In this document: piece by piece, positions 1-9,798 of the stretch
How the letters are laid out: each line of letters opens with the position of its first letter
Position numbering within the stretch: position 1 is the first letter of the stretch
Assembly: GCA_027063065.1 (NCBI GenBank)
Contig: JAMOSO010000050.1
Coordinates: 26,243-90,242, forward strand
Source: Planctomycetota bacterium
Lineage (GTDB): Bacteria > Planctomycetota > JAMOSO01
Length of the DNA stretch: 64,000 nt
Direction: 5' to 3'
The notes under the pieces: model-generated
What the model saw: only the letters and a program-made list of their open reading frames with translations
Database searches by the model: none
What the model was told of the DNA's origin: nothing
Position numbers and translations under genes: made by a program

Positions 1-893
1 ATTAAATCGATGTATTGATTTTGAGACACTTTGACTTCAAGCATATAATCACTGTTTTTAGCAGACAAAACGTCTTCAACTGTTTCGTCTTCTGAAGTTA
101 CAACGTCAAAAGCTGCTATATCCACAAAATTACCTTTCACAGCTTTATATATATCCACAGCTGACAATCCCACTGCTGGCTTTGGCTTATGTGGTATGGC
201 CGCAATTTTTTCAACTGCTTTTCGTTCTGGCTTAGGTGCTTTATAATCTGGATTAGCAGCTTTAAATTCTGCTATTTCAGCTTCCAATGCATCTTTGCGA
301 GCTGCTTCTGATTTTTCCCACTCTTTATTTGCTTTGGTCCAAGGATCTTCATGAACTTTAATAGGTTCTGGCATTGGCTTGCGAGGGGTACGGATGCTTT
401 CTTTTTTGATACATTCCTGTAATTCCATAATACCTTGCAACAATGCTTCAGGGCGTGGTGGACAACCAGGAATATAAACATCAACAGGTACGATAGTATC
501 AGCACCTTTACAAACCGAATAATTATCATACATAAACGGCCCACCAGAGACAGTACAAGCCCCCATGGCAATAACATATTTTGGTGCTGGCATTTGATCA
601 TAAAGAATTTTTAAACGCGAAGCCATTTTTTCGACAATGGTACCCGCCAATATGATTAAATCTGCCTGACGTGGGGTTGCACGAACAACCTCAACACCAA
701 AACGCGACCAATCGTGATGAGAACCACCCACGCTCATCATTTCAATGGCACAACAACTTGTACCATAAACTAAAGGCCAAAGAGAATTTCTCCTGGCCCA
801 ATTGACTAAAAAGTCAACGCTATTGACCATCTGCTTTCCACCGGGGAGCGGATCTAAAACAGGTGGCAATTTTTCTAAAACTGTGAGGCCCAT
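1..893 (-). CDS. nuoB: NADH-quinone oxidoreductase subunit B (NuoB) with a long C-terminal extension; the reading frame stays open through window position 1. Possible NuoB-NuoC fusion. Partial.
   Basis: Manual minus-strand translation from ATG at 891-893 gives MGLTVLEKLPP...GTSCCAIEMM...GACTVSGGPF...IPGCPPRPEALL (NuoB Fe-S cysteine motifs). A K/E/P-rich linker follows, then a KGNFVDIAAFDV...YMLEVKV stretch resembling a NuoC N-terminus. No stop codon occurs before the window start. The tool ORF 272..601 is in a different frame. Confidence 0.85.
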   Translation of the reverse strand, partial: MGLTVLEKLPPVLDPLPGGKQMVNSVDFLVNWARRNSLWPLVYGTSCCAIEMMSVGGSHHDWSRFGVEVVRATPRQADLIILAGTIVEKMASRLKILYDQMPAPKYVIAMGACTVSGGPFMYDNYSVCKGADTIVPVDVYIPGCPPRPEALLQGIMELQECIKKESIRTPRKPMPEPIKVHEDPWTKANKEWEKSEAARKDALEAEIAEFKAANPDYKAPKPERKAVEKIAAIPHKPKPAVGLSAVDIYKAVKGNFVDIAAFDVVTSEDETVEDVLSAKNSDYMLEVKVSQNQYIDL

Positions 894-900
894 AATTTGC

Positions 901-1284
901 CTAACTCCACTTTAATACGCCCTTGCGCCAAGCATAAAGCAATCCAAATGCCAAAATTACAAAGAAAACAACTAGCTCTACCATCACTGTGCTTATACTT
1001 AAGCCAGCAATTAAACCATTAGCTACATCGTTGTAAATTCTTACGCAAGGAAAAAGAAATAAGGTTTCAACGTCAAATATCATAAATATTAACGCGAAAA
1101 TATAATAACCAACTTTAAAACGGACGTGCGTCTGACCTATAGTCAACTCTCCACATTCGTAAACTAAATTTTTGTGCTCATTGTCCGGGGAACTATAACT
1201 TAAAATCCATGAGCCAATCATACCGCCAGCAACAAACAGTATACCCAGAACAGTCATAAAAGGGATAATTGTGTAATTTTCCAT
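901..1284 (-). CDS. nuoA: NADH-quinone oxidoreductase subunit A
   Basis: 127 aa with 3 TM helices and the NuoA/ND3-like motif (YECGE...FDVE..FLFP). It lies immediately upstream of nuoB with a 7-nt gap. Confidence 0.85.
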   Translation of the reverse strand: MENYTIIPFMTVLGILFVAGGMIGSWILSYSSPDNEHKNLVYECGELTIGQTHVRFKVGYYIFALIFMIFDVETLFLFPCVRIYNDVANGLIAGLSISTVMVELVVFFVILAFGLLYAWRKGVLKWS

Positions 1285-1359
1285 AACTACCTAACAAAAT
1301 AAAAAATTTAAAAGACCGCATTTTATTAAAGGTCGCAATTGTACGGTATTTCACAATAC

Positions 1360-1812
1360 TTAACAACTATTTTTCTCTAAGTTGCTAATTTTGTCTATTC
1401 TGCGTTGGTGTCTGCCACCTGTAAATTTGGAATCAATAAAAGCATCTAAAATCGCATGCAAATCATCGTACAATGGCACTCTACCACCAAAAGCCAATAC
1501 ATTAGCATTATTATGCTCCTTAGCCATCGTAGCTGTAAACACATCATTAACCAATGCGCATCTAATACCATCAACCTTATTAGCGGCAATAGAAATACCT
1601 ATGCCAGTGCCACATAAAACTACGCCAAAAGACACGCGTCCGGCAACAACTTCACAAGCCACAAGCTCCGCCTGATCAGGATAATCAGCAGAAACCCCGT
1701 CGGCAACACCCAAGTCTATACACTCTATGCCCCTTTGTTGCAAATGCGACACAACCTTTAACCTACGCTCTACCGCACCATGATCACTAGCTATAGCCAC
1801 TATATCTGACAT
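1360..1812 (-). CDS. rpiB: Ribose-5-phosphate isomerase B (RpiB/LacAB family)
   Basis: MSDIVAIASDHGA...VLCGTGIGISIAANK...NVLAFGGR matches the RpiB family. I place the start at the internal ATG preceded by an AAGGAAAG SD. Confidence 0.85.
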   Translation of the reverse strand: MSDIVAIASDHGAVERRLKVVSHLQQRGIECIDLGVADGVSADYPDQAELVACEVVAGRVSFGVVLCGTGIGISIAANKVDGIRCALVNDVFTATMAKEHNNANVLAFGGRVPLYDDLHAILDAFIDSKFTGGRHQRRIDKISNLEKNSC

Positions 1813-1892
1813 AAACTTTCCTTTATTGATAAAATTAAACAATTAAATAACCATACAAATATGCATCGCACATATTTGATTACAAATTATGA

Positions 1893-4016
1893 TTATACAA
1901 ATTTTAAAATAGATATGGTGATATCATCGTGCTGTTCTGCATCACCTCTAAAAGCTTCTAAATCTTCATAGATGCCATCAACCATTTTTCTAGCTGAACC
2001 AGAGACTAATTTTAATAACAAAGCCATAAAACGCTCTTCACCGTACTCTTCACGTTTACTATTCATCGCTTCTACTACACCATCGGTATAAAATATAGCA
2101 AAATCGCCTGTTTCAAAATCAATAGTTACATCTTTTAAAGCTTTTCCAAAAATCAAACCCTTATCAAAGCCCAACGCAATACCATTAGGGTTAAATAGCT
2201 CTAATTTATTAGTAGCTTTGCGATACACAATCAAAGGATTATGTCCAGCACTACATAACTGCATACTACGTGTTTTAGAATCTAAGATAGCATATAATGC
2301 CGTTACAAACATACCTTTGCGTATTTCACGACTCAAGGTATGATTTACCTGAATACAGGTCTTATGAGCATCAGGATTATCACGACTTTCCAAACGCATA
2401 AGCATTCTCGCCGAAGTCATAACCATCGAACCAGGTATTCCTTTACCAGATACATCGGCGACAACTATCCCCATATATCTATCATCGATAGGAATATAAT
2501 CATAATAATCACCACCAACCTCTTTTGCAGGATGATAAATAGCATAAAATTCACAACCATCTATAACTGGAAAAGCCTTTGGCAACAAAGCATTTTGAAT
2601 CTCTGTAGCAATAGATAATTCATGTTCTAATTGATGCTGAACAATCTCTGCATCTTTTGCCTTTAATAATTGCTTAGTCATTATGTTAAATTCATAAGCC
2701 AATACACCTATTTCATCATTAGTTGTTGGTATTGTTTGGTGATTTAAATCTCCACCAGCTACTATTTGTATATCATCTGTTAAAACAGCCACCGGCTTAG
2801 TCACCACCGTTGCCAACATTAACGACATCAGTAAACTGGCCAAAATAGCACAGCCACCTATTATTAACGAATACTTCAGTAACTCGTTTTTTTGTTCATC
2901 AATAGATACTCCAGACAGAATTAACATAGCAGTGCCAATACGCTGACCTGTTTTAAGACTAGTAATCGGGGCTTTAAATCCAAAATAACGCTCTGTTGTA
3001 CCCAAATGGCCATCGACAATTGGCGTATAATCTCCAGAAGAGATTTTAACTATACTCGTATCAATATTATGTCTTTTACCATTTTTAAATATAAAATTTT
3101 CACTGGATTTTTGGGCTATACTGTAATTTTTCTTTTCCGACTGAAGAACTGGAGGATTTTGACCATGACTATTTTTTAAATCAATAATATCCGCATTTAA
3201 CACCAAGCTAGAAACTTTTGATATCGATGGATAATCTAAGATTTCAGTTAGCGTAGATTCTCGCTCTTTATACCAGTTTTCCAAACTTTGCTGATAAAGC
3301 TTACGAAATTTATCAAGGTTATACACAAGCCTAGGACTACGCTCTGTCAAATAATAACGTATACTTCTTTTTTCAGGAGGTAAATTGCCTTCAACATCAT
3401 CTAAACCATCACCAAAAGACAACTTCTTTTTAGGTGGCATACGCTTTAAAGAATGCCTATTTTCTAAGATATCACGCCCGTAAATTTTTAATAAATGAAT
3501 GGCACTCATACCATCTAATTTGATTTGATTTTCTACTGTTTTCTCAATTTTATTAATATTTAATATCGTCCATACGCCAACCAACAAAATCAAAAAACCC
3601 ATAATTGGCAAAGCAAATTTAAATTTTAATGACAACCCTGATTGTCTTTTTTTATGCACAAACACACTGTCAAAAGTAGAGTCCAAGCTTGTCGATACCG
3701 AATTATCTATCTTTTTAGACTTCTTAATGATTGGCTTGCTTTTAGTCTTTTTATTAGAAACTTTTTTTGTGACCTTTTTACTGGCTACTTTACGCATAGG
3801 AGACTGCTGAATATCAGACGTATCAGCCCCAACTTTTATAGGCGAAACAGCCCTAGAAGCAACCTTTGACTGCTTCTTAACAACTTTTTTTACTGTCTTT
3901 TTAATAGGCGCATCAGATATGGTAGTTTCAGAAAGCGATGACGCTGGACGAGTAGAGACTTTTTTAACAATAGTTTTTTTGACTATTTTTTTGGTTAATT
4001 TTCCTTCAGGCACCAA
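1893..4016 (-). CDS. Receptor-type PP2C (SpoIIE/RsbU-like) serine phosphatase. Domain order: lysine-rich N-terminal tail, TM1, periplasmic sensor, TM2, HAMP, PP2C.
   Basis: The C-terminal region has PP2C/SpoIIE motifs (GDYYD, VADVSGKG, FYTDG). A HAMP-like linker follows TM2. Residues 1-130 are KK-repeat-rich (KKIVKKTIVKK...KKVTKKVSNKKTKSKPIIKKSKK). Confidence 0.8.
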   Translation of the reverse strand: MVPEGKLTKKIVKKTIVKKVSTRPASSLSETTISDAPIKKTVKKVVKKQSKVASRAVSPIKVGADTSDIQQSPMRKVASKKVTKKVSNKKTKSKPIIKKSKKIDNSVSTSLDSTFDSVFVHKKRQSGLSLKFKFALPIMGFLILLVGVWTILNINKIEKTVENQIKLDGMSAIHLLKIYGRDILENRHSLKRMPPKKKLSFGDGLDDVEGNLPPEKRSIRYYLTERSPRLVYNLDKFRKLYQQSLENWYKERESTLTEILDYPSISKVSSLVLNADIIDLKNSHGQNPPVLQSEKKNYSIAQKSSENFIFKNGKRHNIDTSIVKISSGDYTPIVDGHLGTTERYFGFKAPITSLKTGQRIGTAMLILSGVSIDEQKNELLKYSLIIGGCAILASLLMSLMLATVVTKPVAVLTDDIQIVAGGDLNHQTIPTTNDEIGVLAYEFNIMTKQLLKAKDAEIVQHQLEHELSIATEIQNALLPKAFPVIDGCEFYAIYHPAKEVGGDYYDYIPIDDRYMGIVVADVSGKGIPGSMVMTSARMLMRLESRDNPDAHKTCIQVNHTLSREIRKGMFVTALYAILDSKTRSMQLCSAGHNPLIVYRKATNKLELFNPNGIALGFDKGLIFGKALKDVTIDFETGDFAIFYTDGVVEAMNSKREEYGEERFMALLLKLVSGSARKMVDGIYEDLEAFRGDAEQHDDITISILKFV

Positions 4017-4503
4017 GAAGGCCCTCCCGTAGCAGTAAATATAAATTTAAGAATACACAAGACACTAACCCAGCCACTATATCATCCATTAAAACGGGCC
4101 ATGCTCCCTTACATTTATCAATCGCACCGATAAACCAAGGTTTAGCTATATCAAAAAATCTAAATAGCAAAAAACCTACCACGGAAACCTCAAGCATCAT
4201 AACCATAGACATATCTAAAAAGCCTTTAACCCAAATAAAAGTCGCACAAATTCCTGCAAATTCATCAATAACAAAAGTTTTAGGATCATCACTGCCACTT
4301 TCAACAACAGCCTGAGGATACACTAAAATAGAAATGATACTCGATATAACACATAGAGCAATCATTATTAAAGAAGAAAATAAATTATTTGTCATTAAAC
4401 AAAAACACAACAGCGTCGCCACAAGTGCACCAAAAGTGCCTGGTGCAAAAGGGATAAACCCAGTATATAAAACAGCATAAAACAAACGCCCTAATACTTT
4501 CAC
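4006..4503 (-). CDS. pgpA: Phosphatidylglycerophosphatase A
   Basis: YTGFIPFAPGTFGALVA is the PgpA signature. The protein is small, 165 aa, and has TM helices. Confidence 0.8.
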   Translation of the reverse strand: MKVLGRLFYAVLYTGFIPFAPGTFGALVATLLCFCLMTNNLFSSLIMIALCVISSIISILVYPQAVVESGSDDPKTFVIDEFAGICATFIWVKGFLDMSMVMMLEVSVVGFLLFRFFDIAKPWFIGAIDKCKGAWPVLMDDIVAGLVSCVFLNLYLLLREGLLGA

Positions 4504-4505
4504 AA

Positions 4506-5522
4506 TTAACTCTCTTTTAATAAATTAGATGACAACCAATCAAATACTTCTGTAACTGTAATATCAGTCAAACCACACGAACTATCACTACCATTAGTAT
4601 TATCATCGTTTTTCTTTTCAAAAACCTTAACATTTTTTCCCCATGGCCGCCATAAATAGCTGTATGTGCTACCAAACAACACAGCCACTGGAAGATTCAA
4701 TGCCGCAGCCATATGCGCAGGCCCCGAATCCAAACCTACAAATCCAACAGAAATGCTCATAATACCAGCTGTTTGCATCAAATTGGTTTTGCCTGCAATA
4801 ATTTTTATATATTCACAACCTTGGGATATTTGTTGTAGATAATCAACATCATTACTAGCACCCAATAGTAAGACCTCTAAGCCCAACTTATCATACAACA
4901 ATCTGCACAACTGACGCTTATTATCCATACCCCACTCATTTTGACCCCTAACCACCGCATGCATAACTACAAAGTTTGTCTGCACGCCCAATTCTTTGAC
5001 AATGGTTTTAGATTTGGCAAGCAATTGGTTGTCAATGGGCAAATGCTGTCGCCACTGATTTTGTTTACCTACAATAAATCCAGCCTGTTCAAAAGCAGAC
5101 ATAACTCTTTCTACAGAATGATACTTTTTTTCTATCCCCGTAAACTCTTGGGGATGCTGAATGATTTGGGTATAAAACCTGCATAATGGCGAACCTGTTT
5201 TACTGCCCAATCTTTTTTTGGCAAAAGAAGCCAAGGTCAACAATACAGAACGTGGACCCCCATGCAGATTAATCGCCATATAAAAAGGCGTTTTAATCAA
5301 CCAAAAAAACAATTTTATTTGACTGATAATATCTTTTTTTACAATAACTAAGTTAGCAATATGCTGATTGCTAGAGAGTACATCACCCATACCTTCTTCT
5401 GCCAAATAATGTATGCGAATATCTGGATAATATTTATGTATTTGCTCAAGCACAGGCGTAGTTAAAACCATATCACCAATGGAGCGCAAACGAACTATCA
5501 ACAAATTTTGGGTAGACTTCAT
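4506..5522 (-). CDS. Glycosyltransferase family 9 (LPS heptosyltransferase-like)
   Basis: 338 aa. The N-terminus MKSTQNLLIVRLRSIGDMVLTTPVL is RfaF/RfaC-like, and the C-terminus has LDSGPAHMAAALN...GSTYS. Confidence 0.8.
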   Translation of the reverse strand: MKSTQNLLIVRLRSIGDMVLTTPVLEQIHKYYPDIRIHYLAEEGMGDVLSSNQHIANLVIVKKDIISQIKLFFWLIKTPFYMAINLHGGPRSVLLTLASFAKKRLGSKTGSPLCRFYTQIIQHPQEFTGIEKKYHSVERVMSAFEQAGFIVGKQNQWRQHLPIDNQLLAKSKTIVKELGVQTNFVVMHAVVRGQNEWGMDNKRQLCRLLYDKLGLEVLLLGASNDVDYLQQISQGCEYIKIIAGKTNLMQTAGIMSISVGFVGLDSGPAHMAAALNLPVAVLFGSTYSYLWRPWGKNVKVFEKKNDDNTNGSDSSCGLTDITVTEVFDWLSSNLLKES

Positions 5523-5643
5523 GGCAAGAGTGTAGGTGAATTATTTAACAGTGCAATTTGTTTTTATTATTATATAATTTTAAAAATTAAATTTATATCA
5601 TCATTATGATAATTGCAATTATTATTTAGTTAGAGTTTAAAAA

Positions 5644-7698
5644 ATGAACCAAGAAAAAATATTAGTAACCAGTGCCCTCCCATACGCCAATGGCCCCATA
5701 CATTTTGGACATATCGCAGGAGCATATTTACCTGCCGATATATTTACTCGCTACAAGCGTATGACTGGCGCAGATATAGTCTATGTCAGCGGAACCGATG
5801 AACATGGCTTTGCAATTACTATTGGCGCCCAAGCAGAAGGCCATTCACCACAAGAACATGTCGATAAATACAACAAGGTAATATCTAATATTTTTAAACA
5901 ATTTAATATTTCTTTTGACAATTTTTCACGAACTTCAATGCCACACCATCATAAACTGGCACAGCAGTTTTTTACTCAAATCAGAAACAATGGCTACATA
6001 AGCAAAAAAACTACCGATCAATTATTTTGTGAAAAATGCAATATGTTTTTAGCCGATCGATATGTATACGGCACCTGCCCTGACTGCGACGCCGAAAACG
6101 CCCGTGGAGACGAATGTGGTGCCTGTGGCTCTTGGATTGACCCATTAAAATTAAAACAACCCCATTGTAAAGTATGCAATGCTACACCTACTGTCAAACA
6201 GACAACACACTGGTTTTTAGAACTTGGCAAATTCTCAAAAGATTTAACTGCATGGTTAGATACCAAAACAGACTGGAAACCAAACGTTAAAAATTTTATT
6301 AGTAAAATGATTGAAAATGGCTTAGAGGGCAGAGCTATTACACGCGACATGGACTGGGGTGTAAAAGTGCCACTCTCTGAAGCAGAAGCTAAACGCTTAT
6401 ACGTTTGGTTTGATGCTCCTATAGGATATGTCAGTGCCACAATGGAATGGGCCGAAAAAATAGGCCAACCAGATAAATGGAAAGATTATTGGTACGATAA
6501 AAATACACAGCTAGTGCATTTTATCGGCAAAGATAACTTGCCATTTCATTGCGTAGTATGGCCAGCTATGATTATGGGACAAGATGAGGATTTTATTTTA
6601 CCAAGCGATGTACCAGCCAATGAATTTTACAATTTAGAAGGAAAACCTTTTTCTAAATCAAGCGGATGGTATGTGGATATAGAAGACTTCTTTAAAACAT
6701 ACAATACTGATTCTATTCGTTACTGCATAGCAGCTGGCGCACCAGAAACCAAAGATGCCGATTTTACATGGAAAGATTTTCAAGGCCGCAACAATTCTGA
6801 ACTGGCGGATATTTTAGGCAATTTTATAAATCGATTTTTGAAATTTAGTGCTAATTATTTTGAAAACAAAGTGCCAGAATATTGCAACCCCAGTAACGCC
6901 GATACAAAAACCTTAGAAAGTATAAAAGAATTAAGCCAAACTATTAGTCAACATTATAGTCATTTTCATGTACGCAAAGCAGCCTTTACAATCATGGAAT
7001 TAGCTAGAGTTGGCAATAGATATTTTGACGAAAAAGCACCTTGGAAGAGCCGTAAAACAAATATTCAAGATTGTGCATGTACAATTAACACATGTATTCA
7101 AATAGGTAAAGCTTTAGCAATTATATCATACCCTATAATACCAACTACAGCCCAAAAAATATGGGATATGCTTGGATTACCAGACAAAATCGAAAACAAC
7201 AATTGGACAGAGGCACTACAAACACCCGTTGCTACTGGGCATCAATTAGGCAATGCCGAAGTTTTATTTGCCAAAATAGAAGACGCTACTATAGCGAAAG
7301 AAGAAGAAAAACTACACTCTATGGTAGCTAAAGATAAAGCAGACAACGCAAAAGAAAAAACAGAAAAAACAAATTTAATAACATTTGATCAATTTCTGTC
7401 AGTAAAAATGCAAGTTGGCGAAGTAACTCAAGCCGAAGCTGTTAAAAAATCAAAAAAACTTTTAAAACTGCAAGTCAACCTTGGACAAAAAAGCATTCAA
7501 ATTGTCTCTGGCATTAAAGAGTCATACCAGCCCCAAGATATTATTGGCAAAAAAGTAATTGTGGTTAGCAATCTAAAACCAGCCAAACTAATGGGTATTG
7601 AATCACAAGGTATGTTATTAGCTGCAAACGACAATAATAAACTAAGTTTAATTACTGTAGACAATCCAGAAATTTCAACTGGTTCAGAAGTTAGTTAA
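5644..7698 (+). CDS. metG: Methionyl-tRNA synthetase with a C-terminal tRNA-binding (EMAP/Trbp111-like) domain
   Basis: Class I HIGH motif (PYANGPIHFGH), zinc knuckles CPDC...CGAC, a KMSKS-like FSKSSG, and a C-terminal tRNA-binding domain. Confidence 0.95.
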   Translation: MNQEKILVTSALPYANGPIHFGHIAGAYLPADIFTRYKRMTGADIVYVSGTDEHGFAITIGAQAEGHSPQEHVDKYNKVISNIFKQFNISFDNFSRTSMPHHHKLAQQFFTQIRNNGYISKKTTDQLFCEKCNMFLADRYVYGTCPDCDAENARGDECGACGSWIDPLKLKQPHCKVCNATPTVKQTTHWFLELGKFSKDLTAWLDTKTDWKPNVKNFISKMIENGLEGRAITRDMDWGVKVPLSEAEAKRLYVWFDAPIGYVSATMEWAEKIGQPDKWKDYWYDKNTQLVHFIGKDNLPFHCVVWPAMIMGQDEDFILPSDVPANEFYNLEGKPFSKSSGWYVDIEDFFKTYNTDSIRYCIAAGAPETKDADFTWKDFQGRNNSELADILGNFINRFLKFSANYFENKVPEYCNPSNADTKTLESIKELSQTISQHYSHFHVRKAAFTIMELARVGNRYFDEKAPWKSRKTNIQDCACTINTCIQIGKALAIISYPIIPTTAQKIWDMLGLPDKIENNNWTEALQTPVATGHQLGNAEVLFAKIEDATIAKEEEKLHSMVAKDKADNAKEKTEKTNLITFDQFLSVKMQVGEVTQAEAVKKSKKLLKLQVNLGQKSIQIVSGIKESYQPQDIIGKKVIVVSNLKPAKLMGIESQGMLLAANDNNKLSLITVDNPEISTGSEVS

Positions 7699-8266
7699 AA
7701 ATTTTTGACTCTCGCTCTTTGCGTTGCATAATACGCAAAGAGCGAACTTCTCTACGTTTAGTTATAGAATCTCTATAACTTTTTACTGCCCACAGAGTAG
7801 GTTTATAACTTAGTATAGCCATCAATAAACCAACTAATACTGAGCCAACCCATAAAGGCGCTCCCATCGCAATCATAAAATCCAACCAAACATTGCCAGC
7901 ATCTTTATTAAAACCCCATTGAGAAAACGATTTAAACCAAAAAAACTTCTGAGACATTATATGTTCCAAACGTTCAGCAGTTAATACTTGTGCATCTGAA
8001 AAAAACAAAGAACCAACCCAATAATTAAATATATAAATTGGCAATGCAGTAAAAACATTACTTACTTGCACTGCTAATATTCCAGCTAACTTATTAACTT
8101 TTAAAAGAGCGTTAATTGCCAAAATTAACGCCATCTGAAAGCCAAAAGTAGGCGTAAACCCAATAAATATACCGTACGCAAAACCCTTAGCTATTGCATC
8201 TGGCCGGCCTTTTAAGTTTAAAAGCTTACGCGCGTATTTGCGCCACATAAATTTATAATAACGCAT
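7691..8266 (-). CDS. DUF2062-family membrane protein
   Basis: 191 aa. AIAKGFAYGIFIGFTPTFGFQ is typical of DUF2062. Its 3' end overlaps the metG 3' end convergently by 8 nt. Confidence 0.6.
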   Translation of the reverse strand: MRYYKFMWRKYARKLLNLKGRPDAIAKGFAYGIFIGFTPTFGFQMALILAINALLKVNKLAGILAVQVSNVFTALPIYIFNYWVGSLFFSDAQVLTAERLEHIMSQKFFWFKSFSQWGFNKDAGNVWLDFMIAMGAPLWVGSVLVGLLMAILSYKPTLWAVKSYRDSITKRREVRSLRIMQRKERESKIFN

Positions 8267-9798
8267 TAAAACCCTTCCATTATATTTTTTTCAAGGGAGC
8301 TACCATCAAATGATTGTATAATTTTAACATCATTTTCTTGGCTCATATCAATTCTAAAAGGCCGTTTAACCTTTTGCCTATTTTCAAATACAACTGATAA
8401 AACTGGCTTAGTATAGTCTCCACCATTGGCTGCCACAACCTTTGCTAAACAATTATTATTTAGCTCTACCCAACTCCCAACAGGAAATAATGACATATAT
8501 CCCAACAAAGCCTTAATCACATCTCTATTAAAATATCCTCGTGCCCCTAAACGCACAACAGACTCCATGGCCATATATGGCAACACACCTTTGCGATAAG
8601 GACGATTTTCAACAAGAGCCTCATAAGTGTCCGCCACTGCGACTATTTTAGCAAATGGATGTATAAATGAACCTCGCCTAGCTTTTGGATAACCTTTACC
8701 ATTCTCACGTTCATGAATTTGATACGCAACATAAGGAGTGCTAAGCGGTAAGCCATCCACCTTTTGCAATGCATTAATACCGTATATGGAATGACGTTGA
8801 ATCTCTAAACGCTCAGAAGATGTCAAAGCAGAAGGCTTATACAAAACCTTGTCATTGATTTTATACATACCCACATTATGCATAAAAGCCCCATAAGATA
8901 ACTCTAAAATCTGCTCTTTGCTATAACCCATTCCCATAGCAATATTCATACTTAAAATTGCCACATTAAAACTGTGATTAGCAATCCAATCTTTAGTGTC
9001 GACTACGGTATCTCTGGTCAAATTCAAACACAAGTTTTGATCGTATAACATCGCCCCCATTAATGTATTTGCAACTTTAGAAACTATTTCTCCGCGAACT
9101 GGCGTTCCAACTCTAAAGTGAAAAAAAATTTTTTTCATTTCTGCAGACGTAGTTTTACGAATATCTAAAAAATTACATTTATCTTCATCGCTACGAAAAA
9201 CATCACCGCTGAGCTTACGTTGTATAGTAGACAATGACTGACCATCACAAACAATATCTTCAATTACACCTTTATCCAAAAACGACGGCGTCAATAAACC
9301 AGTATTAGAAAATAATCTTTCTTTAGATACCGTTGCATCTAAAGTTTTTAAGCTATCTACGGCTTCATTATCAACCAATTTACTTTTACAAATATCCTCG
9401 TATTGCTTGATTTTTAAATAGTCTAACTCTGCATTATCTTTCTTAATAAAAATATAATCAATACCACGTGATTTAAATGTTACAGTCAACCCATCTGATA
9501 TAATCGAGCCAGATTCTAACAATAAAGTACCTTTACGATCATAAACTGATTGGGTTATTTTTTGACCTATCTGCAAGGTATCAACATTTTGCCGTGTATT
9601 TTTACAACTATGTATAAAATCTTGCAAATTATCAGTAGCTGATAAATATGTTAATGATTCTATACCCGCTTTAGATAAAGCCTTTTTCTTGTCTGGGGTT
9701 ACCTTTTGACCAGGCCTAAAAATTATACTGCCAGATTTATGAATATAATAATTACTGACGGTACCTTCGGGAATAGAATCAATTACCAAGCTTTTCAC
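8266..9798 (-). CDS. HD-GYP domain c-di-GMP phosphodiesterase with an N-terminal DUF3391-like domain
   Basis: The C-terminal HD domain carries the HD-GYP signature ...HERENGKGYP... Confidence 0.8.
   Translation of the reverse strand: MKSLVIDSIPEGTVSNYYIHKSGSIIFRPGQKVTPDKKKALSKAGIESLTYLSATDNLQDFIHSCKNTRQNVDTLQIGQKITQSVYDRKGTLLLESGSIISDGLTVTFKSRGIDYIFIKKDNAELDYLKIKQYEDICKSKLVDNEAVDSLKTLDATVSKERLFSNTGLLTPSFLDKGVIEDIVCDGQSLSTIQRKLSGDVFRSDEDKCNFLDIRKTTSAEMKKIFFHFRVGTPVRGEIVSKVANTLMGAMLYDQNLCLNLTRDTVVDTKDWIANHSFNVAILSMNIAMGMGYSKEQILELSYGAFMHNVGMYKINDKVLYKPSALTSSERLEIQRHSIYGINALQKVDGLPLSTPYVAYQIHERENGKGYPKARRGSFIHPFAKIVAVADTYEALVENRPYRKGVLPYMAMESVVRLGARGYFNRDVIKALLGYMSLFPVGSWVELNNNCLAKVVAANGGDYTKPVLSVVFENRQKVKRPFRIDMSQENDVKIIQSFDGSSLEKNIMEGF

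Noticed and set aside
272..601. Tool ORF (109 aa, minus strand)
   Set aside because: It is in a different frame from the continuous NuoB reading frame covering the same DNA. The translation is low-complexity with no motifs, so I treat it as a spurious overlap.
1382..1675. Plus-strand ORF inside rpiB
   Set aside because: Antisense to RpiB, and low complexity.
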